A stretch of 64,000 nt of DNA from Phaeosaccion multiseriatum (Eukaryota > Protista > Ochrophyta, other classes), in the NCBI GenBank assembly GCA_965112735.1, contig OZ218950.1:2914001-2978000 (forward strand), read 5' to 3'. The notes beneath the pieces were generated by a model. The model saw nothing but the letters and a program-made list of their open reading frames with translations, ran no database searches and had not been told where the DNA came from. The position numbers and the translations under genes are program-made. Below, piece after piece: positions 35,169 through 46,896 of this stretch; the stretch's first letter is position 1; the number at the start of each line of letters is the position of its first letter.

Positions 35169-36549
35169 CTATGCGTCCTCCTGAGTGGAGCTGTTGCCGC
35201 TTGTGCCCCCGCCACTGAGCCCCGCGGCCTCTAGATGCTTGGTGAGAGCCGGAAACCTGTCTGGGTCCTGCAGGAGGTCAGGATCATCCTTGACGACTTT
35301 GGAGGCGTCATCCCTCGCCTTGTGGAGGTAGAGCTTCTCTAGGCGGTCGATAACGGGCACATTCTTGCCGTGCCGAGCCCCGGGGGGCAGCAGAATGCCC
35401 GTGCTTATACACGCCTTGTCCAGCGTCTCTGCGGCGGCAGGCAGGGGCGCCGGGGGAGGCGTCGGAGAGGTGCATGGGACACGGCGGTACAGGCATAGGG
35501 TGTGTGCGTAAGAGAGAGAGGGTGTGAGAGCGGACAGCAACAGAGAAGGCGGGGGGCAAGCCAAGGCAAGCTGCATTGGATAGGGCGTCGACAAGCGTAC
35601 CGCTTCTTACCATTGAAAAGCGTCTCCGCCTTGGTCCTGACCAAGTGGCTGCTGGTCTCCCCCCCCTCTGCGCCCTCCTGCCCTTCAAGCTGCTGCTGCT
35701 GCTGCTGCTGCTGCCCCTCTGTTGCTGCCCCATCGTCCTCCACGATCCTGTCAGATCCCTTGTGGACGTCCACGTCGTCCTTCTTGCCCAGAAACTGGCG
35801 GTACGCCTTGCTCAGAGGCCTTTGCTTCATCTCCGCCTGTGTGTGTGCGTGTGTGTGGTGGTGGTGCGCGTTGTCAGAGCGAGGTCAAACATTCCAATAA
35901 TACGCTTTGCGAGGGAGCGAGTCAGTCCAACGCGATCCGAGCTCGCAGAGCAGCAACAAGCACCATACAAGTCGACACACCCGACGCCTCGCGTGCAGTA
36001 GACCGCCGGGTGTACACAGGCACCGAGGTAGCAGCAGGAGCAACACTCTCGACTCACTTTTTGCTTCTCCGCGTCTGCTGCCGCCGTCGCTTGCCAAGCC
36101 CTTTTCACGTCTGCGGGCAGACAGCAGAGCGGATCCACCTCCGCTTCCCTCGCCGCCGCCTCGTGCTCCTTTCGCTTCTTCTCTTCCGACGTTGGAGGTG
36201 AGGGTCCAAAGGTACTCTTCGCACTCGGACCAAAGCCACTGCTTGCGCTAACACCGTCCTCCTCGCCTTTACCCTTACCCTTCCCCTTCCCCTTCTTCTT
36301 CTTCTTTTTCTTCTTCCCCTTACTAGCTGAGCCTGCCTCTACCCCCTCCTTGGACCCATCGAGTACGTCATCTAGAGCGCCGTCGAGAATGTCGTCTAAG
36401 GAATCTGCTCCTCCTCCCCCCCCCCCTCCTCCTCCTCCTCCTCCTCCCCCTCCCCCTCCGTCACCTCCTCCTCCATCACCTCCTTCTCCTCCTCCCTCAC
36501 CTCCTCCAGGCAAAGGAATGTCATCCAGGAGTGAGTCCAGGTCATCCAT
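35169..36549 (-). CDS. Small protein with PEX19-like acidic N-terminal motifs and a BAG6-like C-terminal region
   Basis: Exons 36549-36058, 35836-35611 and 35428-35169 splice in phase. Motifs LDDILDGALDDV, WQATAAADAEKQKAEMKQRPLSKAY and LYLHKARDDASKVVKDDPDLLQDPDRFPAL. Confidence 0.7.
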
Positions 36550-36715
36550 CGGCAAACAAAAAGAGGAGAGAGAGGAAGCGGCTGTGGGGGATGGCCACAG
36601 CCAAGTCCTGACACCAAAAAAAATAGATGTCTACTTTGAGAGTAGAGAATTGGGTGCTGCGCGGCTCACCGGCCTCGATTATCTCCTCTCCTTCACTCCC
36701 AAGCAACGCACGAAC

Positions 36716-37868
36716 ATGACTACCATTTACATCAAGGACGTGCCTGAGGGAACCACTGAGGGCGATGTGCTCCAGGCAGTAGGCGGGTACGGGCAGGTTG
36801 CGGACGGCGGCGTCGCTCTCCCAGAGGGGCGATCCTTCTCTTTTGTCACCTTCCTCACGGAGGAGCAGGCCGAGGTGAGGGGGGGGGGGGGAGGACGGAC
36901 GAAGGGCGAAACTAGTGCCAGGAGGAGGAGGAGCAGCAGTACTAGCAGTGGCGTGGCTGCGGGTGAAGAGAATGAGGCGGGCAGACGGAAGCTCGGGGGC
37001 ACAAAGTGCGGAACATGGGGCGGGCAGGGGAGTGAGGCGGGCAGGGAGGGGGGGAGGATTGTGCAGACGAGCTTGTGTTTTGATGGGGAAGGGAAGGGCG
37101 TGCCCCAGTGGTGCTGCAGCTGGGCACTCTCAGAGTACTTTGGGCACTTGATATAGCAGAACAAAGAACAAGGAAGGAAGGATCCACCGTTGAAGAACAC
37201 CAAAAACAGCAGCGAAACGAAGAGCGTGGACGTGGTGGCTCGGGCGGATGATAGGCGTTGGGCTAGAGCGTGCACTTCATTGTTTGCGCAGCTCCCCGTT
37301 TCACAGCCCTGTGCTGGGGCTGTATCTGATCTTCCGTGGATCTGAAATTGAACCGGTTGTGTTGCTGCTGTTGCTGCTGCTAACCCGCCCCCCCCCCCGC
37401 CGCCGCCCACTCTCCCTGTGCTCTTCTCCGTCGCGCAACTGCACGCGCACAGGCTGCTGCCGCCGCGGGCTCTTGCAACATCGCCGGAACGGACTGCATT
37501 GTCGAGATGCGGACCGGATCTCGTCGGGGACTGGGCCCCCAGGTGCCCGAGGGAACTGGCACCAGGTGAGAGAAGAAGCATAAGGCCGCTACTCTATCTC
37601 TTCTTTGAGTAAAGTCCCTCTCTCTCTCTCTCTCTCTATCTCTCTCTATTTCTCTCTCTCTCTTTCCCTCCCTCTCCTCCTCCTCTTGAACTTCAAGAGC
37701 CCTCTTTCTCGCCGCTCTCCCCGGCCAGTCTTCCCCCCCCCCCCCCTCCCTCCCCATCCACTTCCATCCCTCTCTAACATGCCGTTCTCTCCTCTCCCCT
37801 CCTTCCCTATTTCTTTCTGCCTACCCCCAACACCTTGAAAAACAAACCCAACACCACCACCACACACG

Positions 37869-37917
<49 letters not shown>

Positions 37918-38879
37918 GTGCCCACATCAACACAATACTACAGCCTATACGTCCCGGACGTGAGCGACAGCGCCACTGAGGAGGCCGTCCGCGAGGCCCT
38001 CTCCGGGTACGAGGTGCTCGGCGTGGACTTCCGCACGCGCTTCGCGGGGCAGCGATACGCCTTTGTGGAGCTCACCTCTGCCGAAGATGTGCAGAGCGTG
38101 CTCGCCAACGGAGCTGCCATTCAACTGGAGGGACAGAGCGTGGAGGTGGAGGAGAGGCGATCGGTGGCTCGTCCCCAGCGCGTCCGCGGTGTCAGGGTGA
38201 GTTATGAGTTAGTTCAAGAGGAAAGGTTTTAAAAGTAAATGTGGGGATACGTAGTACTTAGTATGTGTTGGCTGTTGGTGTGTTTTGGATTGGTGGTGGG
38301 CCGGTCTCCTTTTTTCTTTCGTCTTTTGTGTTATATTCCCCACCCCCCCCCCCACCCACCCTCTTTTCTCGGTCGTGTGCTTCGTAGTCGTGCCCTTCAT
38401 TCTCTGACCTTCTCCTTCCGCGTGTTAACTCTCCGTCCTTCCTTCCTTCCTCGTCTCAGCGCAACGGAGGCGGAGAGGGCAGGGGAGGCGGAGGCCGCCT
38501 AGAGAACCCCCCCGTGGCGGAGAACTCCGTCTACGTAAAGGGTTTCCCGGCCGAGACGACGGAGGATGAGATCAAGGCGGCATTTGCCGACTACGGAGAG
38601 ATTGTGTCCACTATTGTCAGGGTCAAGGGAGACGAGGACGACGTGCGCACCTGGGCCTTTGTAGAGTACTCTGAGCCGTCGTGTGTGATGGCTGCTCTCG
38701 AGGGCATCGCCAATGCAGGAGGACTGGTGCTGTGCGGCGAGAGTGTGACTGTGGAGGAGAGGAAGTCCACGCCCAAGCCATTCGGGTCCGGAGGAAGGCG
38801 GAGCAATAGGAGACGGGGAGGAGGAGGTTCGAGGAGGAGGGCGCAGGACGGCGACGGCGGAGGCATGGAGGAGCACTAA
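36716..38879 (+). CDS. RNA-binding protein with three RRM domains and RG-rich linkers
   Basis: RNP2/RNP1 pairs IYIKDV..SFSFVTF, LYVPDV..RYAFVEL and VYVKGF..TWAFVEY. Exons at about 36716-36873, 37453-37565, 37944-38196 and 38460-38879. Confidence 0.88.
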
Positions 38880-39461
38880 AGAGCTTAAAGAAGTCGGAGA
38901 GGGCGGCTTGCTTGACTTTTGCTTGACTCTTTTTTTGGAGAGAGAAAAAGAGAGGAGGGGGGGGGGGTGTACCATGTGAGGGGCGGGGAAAGGAAGAGTC
39001 AATGGGCGAACCAAACTATAATCTCAGGGAACAGAGAAGGAAGAGGAGGGAAAGCAAACGGGAAAGCTTGCCAGAGAACAAGGGAGAAAAAAACCCCACG
39101 GGGAGAAAGTGTGCGGAGAGGGGTAGGGGTTAGGAGGGGGAGAGGACTGCATGCCAGCTGTGACTGGCGCAGAGCAGAAGTAAGGCGTATAGACATAGCA
39201 GCAAGGCAGAGCAGAGCAGAGCAGAGCAGAGAGGGCCCAACGAACGGCAGTGCGAGGCGGAGAGGAGAGGTAGTAGCGTACCAAGAGGACGAAAAGAAAC
39301 AAGTCCCCTGATCGATCGATACATCCATCCGACAAGATTTTTTTGTTACGGGATAATACAAAGGTTGAGGGGGGGGTGGGGTGGGGTCTCGCCGCAGCCC
39401 ACCCCACACAGCCGAATTAACACCAATTCAGATCTATAGACCTTCCATTGGGCTGCAACCC

Positions 39462-39510
<49 letters not shown>

Positions 39511-39818
39511 GTTGGACTTTGTCTTATGCCTACGAAAGGCCTCCTCCGAACCTTCGAAGCAGAGCAGCGACGGCAGCAGGCGACGTACAGGGCGGCGACA
39601 TTGCGTTTGTTGGCGCGTTCTACTGTGTTGTGTGTGTGTTGTTGACTCTTCCACCTGCTTCTTCTTGTGATTCGCCTTTGAGTTCCGACTACCGTGAGTG
39701 GCAGCAGCACGCCCGTGAGTGAGTGAGAGAGTGTGCCCGCGCAATGTTTTGGAACTACTATTGTAATTATTTTATTTTTTAAAGTACCCCGACGCAGCAA
39801 CCCGGCTCCTGTGGTACT

Positions 39819-41654
39819 CTACCGAAGACCGTACGTCTGTGTGACGCACGAGCGACAAAGCGGGGGAGTGGAGGGGCAATGGGAGGGGCAAGGGAGGGGA
39901 GTGGAGGGGCAATGGGAGGGGCAAGGGAAGGGGTAATGGGAGGGGTGGGCAGGCAGACGGGCGGACACAACACGAGTGGGGAGGGAGGGGCAGACAGACA
40001 GGGGGAGCAAGAGCAGTACGTACGTAAGTGGATGGATCAAGTGGGTGGATCCCGCCTCCCTCCCTCCCTCCCTCCCTCCCCTCCCTCCCTCGCTCAGGAG
40101 TCTCACAAAGCAGTAGCGATACCTCCTCCCAGCACACCCTTGCCATACACCCACAACCACCCACCAAACACGATACCACAATTACAAACTACGAAGTACT
40201 TACGTAACTATTACGCTAACGTTTTGTATGAATCTCACCTTGAACTTCTTGTCTTGTTTCTTGACCTTTAGCAATCCGATGGGCACCTGTATACCGAACA
40301 CGGCAGCGAGGGCGAAGCACCCCCGAATGGGCATGAGGGCCTGCGTGGAGGCCAGCAGAATCAGACCAGCGTTGAAGAAGGTGCCGAACGCGAGGGTGTT
40401 GTAGAGGTTGCTCTGGGGCATCATGGTGGTCATGGGGGTGGGGGTGGGGGGGAGTGAAGGAGACGGAGAGAAGGAGGGAGGGAGGGATGGAGGGAAGAGG
40501 CAAGTGAGAGTGAAGGACTGAAAAACGCAATGCATGAAAATTGCAGGAGTCTTGCGATGCACCTCAGTGCGTACACAAATACACACCACGCGCGCACACA
40601 CACATGCACACATATAAACGCACATACACACAAGTCCACACCACGTGCACACACACACACACACACACACCTGCACAAGCTCCATGCGACTGAAGGCTCG
40701 CTCCGCCTCAAGCACTCTGACCCTGAGTTTGAGATCGCCCGCCTCGAGCTTCTGAATGGTGTCATCCACGCGGCTCACTCGCCGGGGCTGCTGTACCAGC
40801 GCCTTGATGTCCTCGGGCCTCCACCCCACCTGACACCAAGTAGAAAGAGAGGGGGGGGGGGAGAGAGAGAGAGGGAGAGCAGAGGGAAGGGGGGGGCGGG
40901 AAGCGAGAGAGAGAGAGAGAGAGAGAGGGAGGGAGGGAGAGAGAGAGAGGGAGGGAGAGAGGGAGCGAGGGAGCGAGGGAGGGGGACAGAGGAGAGAGCA
41001 CACGTCTGTCAGTCACCATCGACCCGTACAACTCACTTCACCTTCCTTCCCTTCCTTTTGTGCCCCAATGTTGTATGCATACACGCAGTACATCGCACTG
41101 ATCGTACCTTCTCCAAGAAGGACTTGCCCAGCGTGACGAAGACACTCCCGTCCTTAAGGTCCAACAGCTCCTTGAGGAAGGGCTGTGCAAGGCGTGTGAG
41201 GTCATAGGACGGATCCAGGCCCTTGCCGATACCGTCCAGGGACGTGAAGGCGCGGAACACGAAGGTGAAGCTGTGGTGGTGGTGTAGTGTGCGTTTGCGA
41301 TGTGCGGTTGTCGTTGTTGTTGGGAGGGGGGGGGGGGGAGGGGGAGTCAGAGAGACTTTGGTTGTGAGGAATAAATGACTTATGGCTTGGGAGTAGACTT
41401 TGTCAGACAGACTTGTCTCTCCATCTAAGAGTGAGTGCACACATTCGGTGCACGCACACGCACACGCGCCGCCCTCCCTCCTCCCGCCAAGCAAGAGGCT
41501 ATTATGAGGCGGGTGCCGGGTGGGGTTGTGGCGGGTGGGGTTGTGGCGGGTGGTTCTTCTGCAGAGAAGGCCGCTCCAATCCCTCCCCTCTCCTCTCCTC
41601 TCCTCTCTCCTTCTTCCCAAGTCTACTTTCACTTACACTGGAGGGAACTGTCAA

Positions 41655-41687
<33 letters not shown>

Positions 41688-42587
41688 AGGGGGTAGGAGG
41701 GGGAGGGGGGGTGGAACGAGTCGTTAGGCGATGTCGAATGGAGAGCAACACAGTTAATCACTTGCAGAGGGAGCGGCGCGAGTGGGCGCGTGAACGGGGG
41801 CCAAACAACTTGTCATGTGAGATGAAAGAGAGCCCCGCAAAAGCATCTCTTCTCCGCTCCTTCCTTCTTCTTGCTCAAACGCCTCGGCGAGTCAAGCCTC
41901 AGAGAAGAGCGAAGGACCAACACGCGACCCTCAACCTGGTGTCACAAATGGCTCACCCACCTTGAAAGGCACGTCGGAGGACACGCTGAGGAGATCCTCT
42001 CCGAGCTTGGCCCTTCGCTCCTTGCGCAGGGTCTTGGCGTCGGCCTGAGGCACATGGGTAGAGGTATATGGGCAGAGAGGGGGACATGAGACATGAGCCG
42101 AGTCAAGCGAAAACACCTTTCAAGAGAGGCAACTTTCTATTGTTCACGAGACAACGCGACTGTTTGACAGAGCCCCAAGGGCGTCCGTCCTTTGCCATGC
42201 TGATTGCCCAGCCAAGGTAGATAACAGTATCATTGACAGCTCAACTATCGGAAGTAGAGAAACGAGAGAGAGAGAAAGAGAGGGAGAGAGAGAGAGAAAG
42301 CAGACGAGAAAGACAAGAGACCGTGGTTGGGGGGGGGGGGGGGGAAGGACAAAGTCAGAGAGGGAGAGAGAGATTCCATTGGCTTCGCACCTTGTCTAGC
42401 TCCTGCACCCAAGGCTGCTTGTCATTAATCTGCTTGGTGAACTCCCCCAGGAAGGACCTCGCAATCTTCTCCACGCTGATGCGGTCGGCCCCCTTCCTGA
42501 GGATACCCATTTCCTGCAAGGCGTCACACACTCCCTTGTAGCTGTCCTCGTACGTTGCGAAGATGAGGTTCACAAAACCGCTGCGAC

Positions 42588-42631
<44 letters not shown>

Positions 42632-44646
42632 GAGATCAGAAACAGCGAAAGTGTCTTTTGAGGGCAGGGAGAGGCCAGCGCGGGAGCAAGCGACCGCCTC
42701 TGCAACAAGCAATCGCCTCTCCCCTCAGCTCAGCTCAGCTCAGCTCAGCTCAACCAAAAGTCCCGCTCAACGCATTATTCCCCTCCCCTCAAGTCTCTCA
42801 CCTGCGCACATTGGGCTGAAACTCGTCCACCATGCCAAAGTCATAAAACACGAGAGAGCCGCCATAGTCCGCGTCGCACGCCACATTGCCCGGGTGGGGG
42901 TCGCAGTGAAAGAAGCCAAAGCGGCACAGCTGGGTGAGGTATGCCTCTGCGCTTCTCTTGGCCAGCAGCTTTCGGTCAATGCCGGCAGCGTCAATAGCCT
43001 CAAGGTCATTGACTTTGATGCCGGGGACGAACTCCATGGTGATGACACGCTCCGAGGTGAGGTTGGTGTACACTCCGGGCACTTTGACATACTTTGTGTC
43101 CTTGAAGTTGTTGGCGAAGGTAATGGCGTTCTGAGCCTCAATGTTGTAGTCAATCTCTCGGTACAAGAGCTTTGCGCTCTCTTCGTAGACGCGCACCCAG
43201 TCGCGGTCGGCGCCGTCAAATTTGGGGTCCAGTTTGTCGAAAATGGTGACGGCCAGCTTGAGATTCTGAAGGTCCTGATCGAACAGCGACTTGAGCCCCT
43301 GGCGCTGCACCTTGACTGCTACTTTCTGATCAGTGCCCTTGAGGTAGGCTGTGTGCACCTGCCCTAACGAGGCCGCGGCCAAGGGCACCTCACTGAAATT
43401 GTCGTAAATCTCATCCACGGGGCTCCCCAAGTCCTCCTCGATAATCTGCTTTGCCTTCTCAACGCTGAAGCCAGGCACCTGGTCCTGCAACAACACAAGC
43501 TCTTTAATGTACTCAGGAGGTACCACGTCGATGCGCGTGGACAGCAGCTGGCCTAGCTTGATGAAAGTAGGGCCCAGACGAAGCAGGCCCTCCCTGAGCT
43601 TCGCTGCAAGAATGACTCTCGCCTCGGACCTCTCCTCCGCTGTCACTTTCCTGAGCTTTGCCTCTTTGAGTCCAAACTTTATGGCAAACAAGTAAATCTC
43701 CAGGCTTCGAGAAATAGCCGACCCTACTCCTCGTCTGTTCCACCCAGCCTCAATGTCAAGCGCCTCCACAGCACCGGTCGAGGAGGCCGCTTCGTTCGCA
43801 GAGTTGCTGTCGTCCTTCCTGAACGTTGAAGATAATGAGCGGCTCTTCCCCACCGCCCGCGACGCCAGCGCCCTCGTAAAGTCCCTCTTTCGCAAGTCTC
43901 CCTCTCTGAATGTATGTATGCACAACATTGACATTGCATTGCACCCACGGAGGAGGAGGAGGAGGAGGAGCAGCAGCAGTAGGAGGAGGAGAAGAGGGTG
44001 GACGAGGAGGAGCAGCAACAGGAGTACGAGAGGGAGAGAAGGGCGTAAGTACAGGATTTAGGCAGCTAAGGGTAAGCTCAAGAGATCGGGCCAGCAACAT
44101 GTACTGCTAAGAACTTATTGAACAACAAGTAGAAGCCAAAAACAGTCAAGGGGCGGCCGCTCTGCCCAGCAGCAAGTGCACTTTATCCATCAAGCAATCG
44201 GCCCCGGCCCAACAGGGGAATGAGGCAGTCACATCATCTAGAGAACAACATGGACGTCAAGTCATGCTCTCGAAAGACAGCCTAACACAGCGATGTAAAG
44301 GATTGGGAACGTACATAGCCGCCCGGAAGATGTCCTTCGTCTTGATCTTTCGCCACAGGCCAGCGTTGAGCGAAGCCTTGCCCTTGGACGGAAGGGCAAT
44401 CGCGCTCTTCATCACCAACCCCTGCCCATGCTGCCCCCTCCTCTGCTGACGCTGCTGCTGGTGACGATGGAGGCCATTTCCATTCACTGACCCTCTCCCA
44501 GGTGCGGTGGTAAAGGCAGGAGCGTTGGGGGAAGAGCATGACGACGAGCACGGAGAGAGAGAAAAGCCGAATGCTGCGACTGGAGTTGTCGCGCTGTAGG
44601 TGGCTCCCACGGCACCGAGGACCGCCCCAGCAGCGGTCACCCTCAT
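39819..44646 (-). CDS. ABC1/UbiB-family atypical kinase, ABC1K8(OSA1)/ABC1K7-like, plastid-targeted
   Basis: [75 protein letters not shown]. The N-terminus [11 protein letters not shown]...VAA|FGF resembles a bipartite plastid signal. The terminal exon is tentative. Confidence 0.92.
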
Positions 44647-45087
44647 GGCTACCCCCTTAGTTCTCGCCAAGCTGCTCCTGCCTTCCCTCTTGCTCACCAG
44701 GACGTGAGACTAAGGAGAGGAACAAGAGCCTTCCCAAGAAGGCGCTGAGACCCCAAACGAGTTTATCACTCGCCCTACTATGCGCGTGGGCCGTTGTGTG
44801 TCAATGCAAAGTATTATTTGTCTCAAAGAGATTGGATTTTGAGACCTTTCCCACCTTCAAAAAATCGATGACTCACACATGAAAAAACAAATTATGACAC
44901 CCTTAAGTGCCATCTATGGTTGTCTAAAAGTAACGCCTCACCGCCCCGGGGAACTTAGCCCCCCCGAAGTCGTATCTGTCCACTAATCCTCCCCATCGGA
45001 ACAAAGTTGATACCAGGACCCTGTGTCGCCTTCTATGAAATGAGGGGGGCCAGTTATACCCATACACCTGTAAGATTCTGAGGCGAC

Positions 45088-45165
45088 CCAGGTTTCTGGC
45101 CGGCGCCAGCAGGCCAGGTTCCAGGTTCTGATCGGCGCCAGCCGGCCAGGTTCCAGGTTCTGGGG
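45088..45165. repeat. Short GC-rich tandem repeat sharing the CGGCGCCAGC core with elements A and B
   Basis: cggcgccagc(a/c)ggccaggttccaggttctg occurs twice in tandem. Confidence 0.7.
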
Positions 45166-45635
45166 GAAAGCCATCTAATAAGGCCATGATGCTGCTCTGC
45201 CAAGCCTCGCCAGCGGGGCAGGTTCCACGTTCTTACAAACCTTGTCAGCAGGGCCGATCCTAAACCCCGCTTTAAAAGCTTGGTTGGGAAGGGAGGGAGA
45301 ACGAGGAGAGGGTTGGGGGGGGAGGGGGAGTGAGTCAGAGGGACGGGCGCAAAGGAGAGAGAAGAGGCGAGGAGGGGGGTTGAAGGGTGAAATTAGAATG
45401 AAGAGAGAAAGAGGCAAGCACAGCAGCACACGACAGAAGGCTGCAAACCGAGGGGACTTCTCTTGTCTTCGCTTCCCTTGCCTTCTCCTCCCCAAAAACC
45501 ACACCAAAGAAACTCGACCAGCCCCTTGCCCAGAGTCCAGAAGACACTAGGACGAAACAAGACAAAGACAAGACAAGGCAAGGCAAGAGAGGCAGGCGGC
45601 CGCCGTCTGCGCAGCCAGCAACGACACAAAGGAAC

Positions 45636-46457
45636 TCACTCGAGGTGCTCGTGCCACTCCTTGAAGAGCTTGGGGGCCTGCGAGTCGTCCAGGCCCTGCC
45701 ACTTGAGCAGGCTCTTGTCGCTCTCCATGCGGCGCTTGATGCGGTACAGCACCGCCCCGAACACGATGATTATGCCCATCAGCCCTGTGTGTGTGTGCGA
45801 TAGCGTGTGTGGGTGTTCGTCAGAAAATGGAATGGCGTGTAAGCAACGAGGTTGACTTGGAAGGCAATCCACCAATTGAGGAGAATTAATCGGGGTGCGT
45901 CTCGACTTCTGTCTCCCACTGCCTCCCTCTCCCTCTCCCTCTCTCCCTCTCCCTCTCTCCTCTCCCCTCCTCCTCTCTCCAACCCACTTACCCTGCTCCT
46001 CCACAGGGTGGTTGTAGATGAGGCAGGAGGCCAGGATGCTCAGCGCGATGCGGACCGTCATGATGATGGCGAACACAACAGCGCCGAAGTTGCGAATCGT
46101 ATGGAAGATGAGCAGCTGGCCGATGGTGCTGCAAAGGGAGGGGAGGGAGTGCAAGGGAGGGAGGGAGGGAGGGAGGGAGGGAGGGAGGGAGGGAGGGAGG
46201 GAGGGAGGGAGGGAGGGAGGGAGGGAGGGAGGGAGGGAGGGAGGGAAGGAGAGAGGGAGGGAGCGAAGATGGGGTCGGGTCGTTGATTAGCTTCGAGGGA
46301 GAGAAAAATATCGGAGAGGAGAGTGAACCAATGTGAGCCTTTGCCCTTGCCTACCTGCAGGCGCTAAACGCGATAAAGTGGAGGTGAATCTCGGGGTGGT
46401 TGCCCACAAACTCGAAGAAGGGCATGAGCTCGTTGGCATGCACCAGAGTCACCAGAC

Positions 46458-46504
<47 letters not shown>

Positions 46505-46835
46505 CAGGGAGGGAGGGGGCAGGGGCAGGGGCAGACTGAGGATAAGGAGGAAAGAGAAGGCGAGCAGTAGTCGAACATGACTCTTGAAGGGCTGCAAGGA
46601 GCGTGCACCCCCCCCGTGTAACCGTCCACTCGGGGGGGGGGGGGGGGCGTCCTTCGTCTGCGGGGCGCCACGTAAGGCCGCTCTCAACGACTCGAGTGAA
46701 TGATAGATGATTACTACTGACTTTGATGACTTATTCTTCTTACCTGAAGACCGTGCTGAAGGCGTTCATCACGAACATCATCTGCAGAGGACTGAGGTCT
46801 CGATGCTTCGTGAACATGCGGCTTTGCCACTGCCA

Positions 46836-46896
<61 letters not shown>

